This document shows, piece after piece, positions 33,459 to 41,218 of a stretch of 52,442 nt of DNA; the stretch's first letter is position 1, and every line of letters begins with the position of its first letter. The translations under genes were made by a program, and so were the position numbers. Under the pieces are notes generated by a model. That model was not told the origin of the DNA and searched no databases. It saw only the letters and a program-made list of their open reading frames with translations. The DNA lies in assembly GCA_020148055.1 (NCBI GenBank), contig JAHCRF010000003.1:1-52442 (forward strand). Direction: 5' to 3'. This DNA is from Patescibacteria group bacterium (GTDB lineage Bacteria > Patescibacteriota > Minisyncoccia > Minisyncoccales > JAHCRE01).

Positions 33459-33525
33459 TAACCTCTGAGCTAAGTGCCCAATTTTACTTAACCCATTAAA
33501 ATATTATAATAAATAAAAGGGGAAG

Positions 33526-35514
33526 ATGCAAATATTTGAGCTACATTTTAATCCAAAGGCTGAAGAAGATCTAATTTTTGATAGTTTTTGTTATACGCCC
33601 GCAAATGTCTATGAAAAGAGGTTGGGAGGTTTGTATTTAGTTGGAGAGCTAAAAAATGCCCTACCCCAAAACTTTCGCCTTTTAGATAACTTAGCCAAAA
33701 TTATTAAAGGAAAATTTTATGGTTTCCCAGTTCAATCAATTGAGGAAAGTCTTAAAGAAAGTCTTAAGCGGGCTAATGAATTTTTGGAACAAGAAGTTAA
33801 AAAAGACAATACTAGTTGGTTGGGAAATTTGAATTTTGCTGTAATTTCTTTAAAAAACTTTAATTTAAACTTTACTAAATTTGGAGATCTAAAAATTTTA
33901 TTATTAAGGGAAGGTCAAATAGTTAACATTGGTAGGAGATTGGAGCTTCAAGAAATTGAACCTTACCCCTTAAAAGTATTTCTAAATGTTGTCTCTGGAA
34001 AATTATCAAGGGAAGATATTATTTTTATCTCCACAAAAGAGGTCTTTGATCTTTTTTCAAGAGAGAATTTAGTAGATGAGATAGCCCAAATTCCAGTTGA
34101 AGAAAAATTTTCTGAAAAAAAATTAAAAAAAATTCTAAAAAATAAAGAGAAAATCTTATCAGAAATCTCAGGAGTCTGTCTCTTAATTGTACTGAAACCT
34201 GAATTTTTACTAAAGCGGGCTTTAAGTTTTGAAAAAGAAGTTCCAGTTCTCCAAATCGGAAAAATTTTCAAACCCCTTGTTACTAAAATAACCACGTGGA
34301 AGTCTACCTTCCGCAATATATGGAAGTCTGCCATCTCCAGTAAGATAAGTAAAGAGAAATTAAAAATTTCTCCCAAAGTTTCTCCCCAGAAAATTTTAAA
34401 AAAACTCAGCATTTCCCCAAAAATTAAATTCTCTAAAGATTTTAAAAAGAAACTAATTTTAATTTTTGCTCTAATTTTTTTCCTTTTGTTGGGATTTTTT
34501 ATTTTTAAAAGGAGGAAAGAAGTTTCTTTAAGGGAAACTCAAAATATCTTTTCAGAAATTCAAGCAAAAATTAATTTGGCTGGAGATTTCTTAATCTTAA
34601 AAGATGAAGAAAAAGCCAATTCGATACTAAAGGAGGCTTGGGAAGAAATTTTACCTTTAATTGAAATTAAGCACCCTTTAAAAAATGAGATTCTGGCTTT
34701 AAAAGAATCAATTGAAGAAAATCTCCAAAATCTAAACAAATTAGAAAAAATTACTACACCTAAAATTTTATTTGAATTTTCAGAAAAGGAATTTTTGCCC
34801 CAAAAAATAGTAGGGCTTGACAAGGTCTTATATTTTTTTAATCCTTATTCTAAGGACCTCTACAAGTTTGAGGAGGGAGAAAAAATTAAAATAGAAACTA
34901 ATCAAAAATTTAATAAGGCTGTTCCTTTTGATAAAGATTCAATTTTATTCTTTTTGGAACCTGATAAGTTAATTTTTTTGAAAGAAGATCGATTTGGAGA
35001 AATTTTTTCTTTAAAATCTCCTTACCCGGATTTTAGCTGTAATGACTTATCGGTTTTTAGAAGAAATATTTATTTTTTAGATGAGAAGACAGGAGAAGTT
35101 ATAAGATATTCATCACCTTTGGAAACCTATAAAGATTTCCCAAAATTCTGGTTGAATCCTGAAACCAAAAAAGTCACCGATGCAAAATCAATAGCTATAG
35201 ACGGAAGTATCTGGATTTTAAATCGTGAAAACAATATTGATAGATTCTATCTTGGAGAATATCAGGAAACTTTGATTTTGGACTTCTTTCCTTACTCAAA
35301 AAACATCGAGAAAATTTTAATTAACCAAAACTTACCTTACCTCTTCCTTATGGAACCTGAACAATCGCGAATAATTATTTTAAATAAATCAGGTCAGATA
35401 ATTTCCCAATTTCAAAGTGAAAAATTTGACAATTTAAAAGATTTTGCCGTCTCTGAAGATGGTATAATTTATCTATTAAATGGCCTAAAAATTTATCAAA
35501 TTAAACTCCAATGA
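33526..35514 (+). CDS. Hypothetical membrane protein (N-terminal globular domain, central TM helix, C-terminal beta-rich domain)
   Basis: 662 aa with ATG start and AAAAGGGGAAG upstream. TM helix LILIFALIFFLLLGFFIF at about residue 310. No confident family assignment. The stop overlaps the next gene (ATGA). Confidence 0.7.
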   Translation: MQIFELHFNPKAEEDLIFDSFCYTPANVYEKRLGGLYLVGELKNALPQNFRLLDNLAKIIKGKFYGFPVQSIEESLKESLKRANEFLEQEVKKDNTSWLGNLNFAVISLKNFNLNFTKFGDLKILLLREGQIVNIGRRLELQEIEPYPLKVFLNVVSGKLSREDIIFISTKEVFDLFSRENLVDEIAQIPVEEKFSEKKLKKILKNKEKILSEISGVCLLIVLKPEFLLKRALSFEKEVPVLQIGKIFKPLVTKITTWKSTFRNIWKSAISSKISKEKLKISPKVSPQKILKKLSISPKIKFSKDFKKKLILIFALIFFLLLGFFIFKRRKEVSLRETQNIFSEIQAKINLAGDFLILKDEEKANSILKEAWEEILPLIEIKHPLKNEILALKESIEENLQNLNKLEKITTPKILFEFSEKEFLPQKIVGLDKVLYFFNPYSKDLYKFEEGEKIKIETNQKFNKAVPFDKDSILFFLEPDKLIFLKEDRFGEIFSLKSPYPDFSCNDLSVFRRNIYFLDEKTGEVIRYSSPLETYKDFPKFWLNPETKKVTDAKSIAIDGSIWILNRENNIDRFYLGEYQETLILDFFPYSKNIEKILINQNLPYLFLMEPEQSRIIILNKSGQIISQFQSEKFDNLKDFAVSEDGIIYLLNGLKIYQIKLQ

Positions 35515-37292
35515 AACAGCTCAGTCATAAAGAATTTAAAAAAATGATTCTTAAATCTTGGCAAAGGATTGAAAGAGACAAAGAGGAGATTAATAAAATC
35601 AATGTCTTCCCTGTTCCTGATATGGATACCGGAAATAATTTAGCTAGAACCTTAGAGGGTATAAAAAAAGCAATTGAAAATAGAGAATTTAAAGATTTAG
35701 ATGAGTTGTCAGAAACTGTTCTTGATAGTGCTCTGGTTTCTGCTCAGGGGAATGCCGGGGTAATTTATACTGGTTTTTTAGCAGGTTTCCTGCCTCTTCT
35801 TAATAAAAATCCAATCGATTCTAAAAAATTAGCTCAAGCTTTTGAAAAAGGAGCAAAAAAAGCCAGAGCGGCTATTCAAAATCCAAAGGAGGGTACTATT
35901 TTAGATGTCATAGATGCCGCAACTGAAAGTATTAAAAAAGAATCAGAAACTGAAAAAAATCTAAGCTTGTTATTCAAAAAAGCAGTTGAGAAAGCGAAAG
36001 ACGCTCTCTTGGCAACTCGTGATAAGATAGAAGTTCTAAAAAAGGCAAATGTAGTTGATGCAGGTGGTTTAGGTTTCCTAATGATTTTAGAAAGCTATCT
36101 TGGAGTTTTAAAAGGTGAAAAAAAAGAAAAAACAAAACAAAAACCTTCAGAAAAAATTAGAAGATTTATCCAGACAATTTCTTATCGTTATGAAGTTGTT
36201 TTTTTAATTAAAAATCTAAAAATTAAAATTAATGATTTAAAAGAAAAACTTGGCAAACTGGGAAATTCCCTTGAAGTTTTGCAAATTAAGGATAAAATAA
36301 AAGTCCATATTCATACTGATGAACCAGATAAAGTTAAAGAAATTGCCAGAGATTCCGGTGAAATTTTAGACCTCGGGGTTGAAGATATGGCAAAAGAAAT
36401 TGCAGGTGAAGAATCTCAAAAAAAGGTCTCTATAGGTCTTGTTACTGAAGATATCTCTGATCTTCAAGAAAAAATCTTGGAAAAATATCAGATTGAGATA
36501 GTCCATACTATTCTTGACTGGCCGGAAGTAACTAATTTACCCGGTGAAAACATTTATCAAAAAATGCGGGAAGCTGAAAAAAGAGGAATTAAAGAGCTGG
36601 GGAAAACTTCACAAGCTCCCCCAATAGCCTATCTCAAAGCTTATCAGAAACAGCTTCAGAGATTTGAAAAAGTTCTTTGTATTACTATTACCTCAAAAAT
36701 CTCGGGAAGCTATAATTCGGCCTGTCAGGCAAGATTAATATTGGATGACCCTTCTAAAGTTTATGTCTTAGATTCTCTAAATGGTTCAGCTGGCCAGGCT
36801 CTTTTGATTTTGCGGGCAATTGAGTTAATCCAGGAACAAAGAGAAATTGATGAAATTATTGAAGAACTCAAAAATTTAATTCCAAAAATCCGCTTATATT
36901 TATTTTTTGAAGATCCAAAATGGATAGAGGCAAGCGGAAGAATAAGCCATTCTCAGGCAAACTGGATAAGAAGGATGAAAAAAATGGGAATAAGACCCTT
37001 ACTGGAAATAAAAAATGGTGTAATCGCTAAAGGAGGAGTTTCAATTTTTGCCAAAGATATTTCAGAAGCTCTCTTTAAAAAAATTGAGAAAGAGAGTAAA
37101 AAAATTAGAAAAGAAGGTAAAAAAATCAGAGCAATAATTACTCATGCTGATAATCCTGAAGGAGCTGAAAAATTAAAAAAGATGTTAAAAGAAAGAACAG
37201 GAGCTGAAGTTCCCTTTGTCAATTTAGTTTGTACCTTGGTTGGCTCGAGACTGGGTCCGGGAGGCCTACTTGCTAGCTGGCACGAAATTTAA
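35511..37292 (+). CDS. DAK2 (FakA-like kinase domain) - DegV (FakB-like fatty-acid-binding domain) fusion protein
   Basis: 593 aa. The N-terminal roughly 200 aa carry the Dak2/DhaL pattern (VFPVPDMDTGNNL, GNAGVIYT, ANVVDAGGLGF). The C-terminal roughly 290 aa are DegV-like (TSQAPP, ITITSKISGSYNSA, VLDSLNGSAGQ, GSRLGPGGL). Confidence 0.8.
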   Translation: MKQLSHKEFKKMILKSWQRIERDKEEINKINVFPVPDMDTGNNLARTLEGIKKAIENREFKDLDELSETVLDSALVSAQGNAGVIYTGFLAGFLPLLNKNPIDSKKLAQAFEKGAKKARAAIQNPKEGTILDVIDAATESIKKESETEKNLSLLFKKAVEKAKDALLATRDKIEVLKKANVVDAGGLGFLMILESYLGVLKGEKKEKTKQKPSEKIRRFIQTISYRYEVVFLIKNLKIKINDLKEKLGKLGNSLEVLQIKDKIKVHIHTDEPDKVKEIARDSGEILDLGVEDMAKEIAGEESQKKVSIGLVTEDISDLQEKILEKYQIEIVHTILDWPEVTNLPGENIYQKMREAEKRGIKELGKTSQAPPIAYLKAYQKQLQRFEKVLCITITSKISGSYNSACQARLILDDPSKVYVLDSLNGSAGQALLILRAIELIQEQREIDEIIEELKNLIPKIRLYLFFEDPKWIEASGRISHSQANWIRRMKKMGIRPLLEIKNGVIAKGGVSIFAKDISEALFKKIEKESKKIRKEGKKIRAIITHADNPEGAEKLKKMLKERTGAEVPFVNLVCTLVGSRLGPGGLLASWHEI

Positions 37293-37328
37293 ACCCAGTA
37301 GGACAATGACATTGTACTACTGGGTAAA
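37290..37328 (+). repeat. Inverted-repeat element family 1, copy 2 (minimal 33-nt hairpin form)
   Basis: taaa-cccagtaggacaatg-a-cattgtactactggg-taaa. The first TAA is the stop codon of the DAK2-DegV gene. On the plus strand it has the same transcript-sense orientation as copies 1 and 3. Confidence 0.7.
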
Positions 37329-37350
37329 AATCACTTATAATATAAAATAT

Positions 37351-38475
37351 ATGAAGAATTTCATTAAAGGAGTTGGAATGACAAAGTTTGATTATACCCA
37401 GAAACCCTGGTGGCAATTTGCCTATACAGCTGCAATGGAAGCTTTAGAAGATGCCAATATGAAAATTTCTGATATCGATGCAATTTTGTTTGCTGCCATT
37501 TCCAGCGCTGCCGGTGGCGAGCACCAAACCCATAAAATCTCCCTTTTGTCTGATTTATTCAAAACCAATGTTCCAATAATTGAAACTACCGGTGTTTGTT
37601 CAGGTTCCTCAATTGCTCTCTGGACAGCCTGCCGTCTTAATTTTAAAAATATTTTGGTTCTTTCTGGAGAGAAAGTGGTTGATAATACTACTGATATAGT
37701 TACTGACAGAATTCTATCAGCTGCTGAAAGAGTAATTGAACAAAGTGAAGGAATGCTTTTTCCGGTCCAAAAGGTTTTCATCTGGCAGCAATATAGTAAA
37801 AAATATGGGGCTACAATGGATGATTTAGCTCTAATTTCTTATAAAAATCATCAAAATGGTGCTTTGAATCCCACGGCCTATTTCTATAATCGGCCGATTT
37901 CTTTAGAACAAATCAAAAAATCCCCAGTAGTTGCCTCACCTTTCAGGTTATTCGATTGCTGTATATCAGTTAATGCTGGAACGGCAGCGATTGTTTCAAA
38001 AGAAAGAAGTGACATTGAAATTGCAGGCTCTGGTTTTACTACTGACTATATTTTGACTTTTGGCAGAAAGAATATTACCCATTATGAAGCCACTCAAAGA
38101 GCAGCTAAACTTGCCTATCAACAAGCTAACATAACACCTGAAGATATTGATCTAGCTGAAGTTCATGATGCCTTTACCTCAGATGAGTTGATTGCCTATG
38201 AAGATTTAGGCTTTGCCCCGGTTGGGAAAGGAGCAGAATTAATAAGATCAGGTAAAGTAAATTTAGATGGCCAGCTACCGGTTAATCCTTCAGGGGGATT
38301 GAAGGCAAAAGGTCATCCCATTTCCCCAACCGGATTAGCCCAAATTGGAGAGATTACCAATCAACTTCGCGGTCGCTGTGCAACGCGTCAGATAAAAAAT
38401 GCCAAAATTGGCTTGTGTCATAACATTGGAGGAAATGCTGGTAATGTTGTCGTCCACATTTTAAGAAAATTATAA
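37351..38475 (+). CDS. Thiolase-fold condensing enzyme (archaeal/SCP-x-type acetyl-CoA acetyltransferase-like)
   Basis: 374 aa from ATG 37351; the track start at 37240 overlaps the previous gene and the repeat. Active-site Cys in TGVCSGSS, then EVHDAFT, NPSGGLKAKGHPISPTG and CHNIGGN motifs. Confidence 0.85.
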   Translation: MKNFIKGVGMTKFDYTQKPWWQFAYTAAMEALEDANMKISDIDAILFAAISSAAGGEHQTHKISLLSDLFKTNVPIIETTGVCSGSSIALWTACRLNFKNILVLSGEKVVDNTTDIVTDRILSAAERVIEQSEGMLFPVQKVFIWQQYSKKYGATMDDLALISYKNHQNGALNPTAYFYNRPISLEQIKKSPVVASPFRLFDCCISVNAGTAAIVSKERSDIEIAGSGFTTDYILTFGRKNITHYEATQRAAKLAYQQANITPEDIDLAEVHDAFTSDELIAYEDLGFAPVGKGAELIRSGKVNLDGQLPVNPSGGLKAKGHPISPTGLAQIGEITNQLRGRCATRQIKNAKIGLCHNIGGNAGNVVVHILRKL

Positions 38476-38517
38476 AAAAATACTTCAATTTGCAAATGCA
38501 AACTGAAGGCCACAACT

Positions 38518-40014
38518 ATGAAAATTTTATTAATTTGGCCAAAATTTCCCAATACTTTCTGGAGTTTCAAATATGCCCTTCCTTTTATTGGAAAGCGGGC
38601 AGCCTTTCCTCCTCTGGGCTTACTAACAGTAGCTGCTTTATTACCCAAAAAATGGGAGAAAAAAATAATTGATCTAAATATTGAAAAGTTAAACGAAAAA
38701 GACATTTTATGGGCAGATTTTGTATTTATTTCAGCTATGGTTGTCCAAAAACAATCGGTAAAAGAAATCGTTAAAAGAGCTAAAAATTTTGGTAAAAAAA
38801 TTGTTGCTGGCGGTCCTCTTTTCACCACAGGTTTCGAAAATTATTTAAAAGATATAGATCACTTTGTTTTGGGAGAGGCTGAAATTACTTTGCCTCTATT
38901 TTTGGAAGATCTTGAAAAAGAAGGCTTGAAAAAAATATATAAATCTGAAAAATTTGTAGATATAGGAAAATCTCCTATTCCTCTCTGGGGATTAATTGAT
39001 ATGAAAAAATATGCCTCAATGAGTATTCAGTATTCCCGAGGGTGTCCTTTTAATTGTGAGTTCTGTGATATTATTCTTTTAAATGGTAGAGTCCAGAGGG
39101 CAAAAGATAAAGATCAAATCTTAAGAGAACTAACTGCCTTATATAATCGTGGTTGGCGGGAAGGCGTCTTTTTTGTTGATGATAATTTTATCGGAAATAA
39201 AAAGAAATTAAAAGAAAAAATTTTACCAGCACTGATTGAATGGATGACCGACAAAGGATATCCATTTTTCTTGAATACTCAGGTATCGATAAATCTTGCC
39301 GACGATGAAGAGTTAATGAAGTTAATGGCGAAAGCTGGATTTAATACTGTATTTGTTGGTATTGAGAGCCCAAACGAAGAAAGTCTGGCTGAATGTGGTA
39401 AATTTCAAAATATAAACCGTGATTTATTAAGCTCCGTTAAAATTATTCAAAATCAGGGTCTGCAAGTTCAAGGAGGATTCATTATTGGATTTGATCACGA
39501 TACCACCTCAATTTTTGACCGAATGATTAATTTTATCCAGAAAAGTGGAATAATTACAGCCATGGTTGGTTTGCTACAGGCGGCACCAAAAACAAGATTA
39601 TGGAAAAGATTGAGGAAGGAAAAACGTTTAATGGGGGAGCCGACTGGCAGTAATACCGATTGCACAATAAATTTTATTCCTAAAATGAACCCTCGGGTTC
39701 TAATTTCAGGTTACCAAAGGGTGATGAATACTATTTATAGACCTGAAAATTACTATCAAAGATTGATAACATTTTTAAAACGATATAAACCAAAAAGAAA
39801 AGAACCTTTTCAGTTAAATTGGCAAAAATTTTTAGCCTTTTTGAAATCAATCTGGATTTTAGGAATTGCTGAAAAAGAAAGGCTCCATTATTGGAAGCTT
39901 ATCTTCTGGAGTGTTTTTAAAAAACCCAAGCTTTTTCCAATAGCGATTACGTTAGCAATTTATGGATTTCATTTTCGAAAAATCTCAGAAGAGAACTTAT
40001 CGATTAAAAGTTAA
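38518..40014 (+). CDS. B12-binding-domain radical SAM protein (class B, DUF4070-type C-terminus)
   Basis: 498 aa. N-terminal cobalamin-binding Rossmann-like domain (MKILLIWPKFP...FPPLGLLTVAA...ISAMV), a CPFNCEFCD radical SAM cluster motif, and a long C-terminal extension. Confidence 0.9.
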   Translation: MKILLIWPKFPNTFWSFKYALPFIGKRAAFPPLGLLTVAALLPKKWEKKIIDLNIEKLNEKDILWADFVFISAMVVQKQSVKEIVKRAKNFGKKIVAGGPLFTTGFENYLKDIDHFVLGEAEITLPLFLEDLEKEGLKKIYKSEKFVDIGKSPIPLWGLIDMKKYASMSIQYSRGCPFNCEFCDIILLNGRVQRAKDKDQILRELTALYNRGWREGVFFVDDNFIGNKKKLKEKILPALIEWMTDKGYPFFLNTQVSINLADDEELMKLMAKAGFNTVFVGIESPNEESLAECGKFQNINRDLLSSVKIIQNQGLQVQGGFIIGFDHDTTSIFDRMINFIQKSGIITAMVGLLQAAPKTRLWKRLRKEKRLMGEPTGSNTDCTINFIPKMNPRVLISGYQRVMNTIYRPENYYQRLITFLKRYKPKRKEPFQLNWQKFLAFLKSIWILGIAEKERLHYWKLIFWSVFKKPKLFPIAITLAIYGFHFRKISEENLSIKS

Positions 40015-40019
40015 GAGAT

Positions 40020-41108
40020 ATGTTTTATCAGTGTCCAAAATGTAAAAAAACTTGGCAATATCCGATTGAAAAATGCCCGGATTGTTTTTTGAAGTTAGAG
40101 CGAGTATTTTCTGAAAAAATAAAAGTGGTTGCTGTCTCTCGAGTAAATATTCCTACCCCTTTACATCCGAAAATTCCCTATTTTGTTTTACTTTTGGAGG
40201 ATGACAAAGGAAGAAAATGGGTTCAAAAATCAGTAAAAGAATATAAAGCGGGCTCTGAATTTAAAATCGAATCAACCCAAGATAAAAATGCCGTAGCTAT
40301 CTGGCGAGTAAAATATGATGTTTTAGAAGCAATCGAAAAAGTAGTCAGCTTAATTGAAAAGATAAATCCCGCTGTAAAAACCTTAATTTTACCAACCCTG
40401 ATTGCTCCCCGTCATCCCTATTTTGCCCAAAATACCAGCCCTGAGGTTTTAAACCAACTAATTAAATTTCTAATCCAAAGGGGAGTAAAAAAAGAAAATA
40501 TCAAAGTTGCTGCCCAGAGCTTTAACGATTTTCCAATTACAGCTTCGGCTAAAAAATCAAAGTTTTTATCTGTTTGTGAAAAAAATAAAGTTCAAATTTT
40601 AGATCTTTCTCAAAAAGGTTTCAAAAGACTACAACCCACCCACCGCCCTTCAATCCCCCCCACCCACCCTAAAACAGAAAATTTTATTTTTGATGTTTCA
40701 GAAGAAGTTTTCAAAAACGATTTAATAATCAATTTGCCAATTTTAAAACTTGATAAAAAAATAGGAATAAGAGGAGCCTTAGAGAACCTAACCAGGTTTC
40801 TGAACAAAGAATCCTATTTGGGCTTGAAATATCTATACGGAGAGCAAAAGTTAATCCTTTCCCTCAAAGAGGTCTTACCCGAAATTCTAACTATAGCTGA
40901 TGCCATATCAATCCAAACACCAAACACTTTTACTGCCTTTTCCGGTCTGATTTTAGCCAGTTTCAATCCCTTGAATTTAGACCGAGTAATGGCTGAAGTG
41001 GCTTTGATTGATTTGCCAGAATATTTGAAATCTGTTAATCTAAATAAAATCAAGATTGTCGGCAGAGAGATTGCTGAGGTCCAATATGATTTAAAAAGTA
41101 TGATTTAA
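40020..41108 (+). CDS. DUF35 (zinc ribbon + OB fold) - DUF362 fusion protein
   Basis: 362 aa. CPKC...CPDC ribbon followed by an OB-like segment (KVVAVSRVNIPTP...YFVLLLEDDKGRKW), as in thiolase-associated DUF35 proteins. The C-terminal roughly 250 aa are DUF362-like (KTLILPTLIAPRHPYFAQNTSPEVLNQLIKFL). Confidence 0.65.
   Translation: MFYQCPKCKKTWQYPIEKCPDCFLKLERVFSEKIKVVAVSRVNIPTPLHPKIPYFVLLLEDDKGRKWVQKSVKEYKAGSEFKIESTQDKNAVAIWRVKYDVLEAIEKVVSLIEKINPAVKTLILPTLIAPRHPYFAQNTSPEVLNQLIKFLIQRGVKKENIKVAAQSFNDFPITASAKKSKFLSVCEKNKVQILDLSQKGFKRLQPTHRPSIPPTHPKTENFIFDVSEEVFKNDLIINLPILKLDKKIGIRGALENLTRFLNKESYLGLKYLYGEQKLILSLKEVLPEILTIADAISIQTPNTFTAFSGLILASFNPLNLDRVMAEVALIDLPEYLKSVNLNKIKIVGREIAEVQYDLKSMI
40627..40670 (+). 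repeat. C-rich repeat family 3, copy Y (in-frame inside the DUF362 part)
   Basis: gactacaacccacccaccgcccttcaatcccccccacccaccct encodes RLQPTHRPSIPPTHP. It is a sharp GC/C island in an AT-rich gene. Confidence 0.6.
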
Positions 41109-41121
41109 AAAATTAAAAATA

Positions 41122-41212
41122 GTCGCGAAGCCACGGGTTATAAGGTCCCGGGCGAGCGACACCTTTAAGTTTTTAGCGGTTGGACACCTTTTTCTGAAAA
41201 AGGGGTCCAAGT
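41122..41212 (+). ncRNA. Conserved structured intergenic element, copy B (upstream of fabG)
   Basis: GTCGCGAAGCCACGGGTTATAAGGTCCCGGGCGAGCGACACCTTTAAGTTTTTAGCGGTTGGACACCTTTTTCTGAAAAAGGGGTCCAAGT. Same architecture as copy A with compensatory changes in the basal stem. It ends 6 nt before the fabG ATG. Confidence 0.5.
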
Positions 41213-41218
41213 AGAATT

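Larger units (their letters stand above)
33252..33479 (-). other. Interrupted tRNA-like sequence whose 5' and 3' halves bracket tRNA-Val
   Basis: The 5' part GGGCACTTAGCTCAGAGGTTAGACTACAACCCTCCCAC fits tRNA positions 1-38 (anticodon loop CUCCCAC = CCC, Gly-like). The 3' part AAGGTCGTGAGTTCGAATCTCACAGTGCCCA gives a perfect T-arm and a 7-bp acceptor complement. The two parts are separated by about 145 nt. Confidence 0.35.

Noticed and set aside
38418-38828. A 136-aa minus-strand ORF and a 60-aa plus-strand ORF at 38490.
   Set aside because: Both overlap the well-supported thiolase end and radical SAM start, and neither has a motif or signal.
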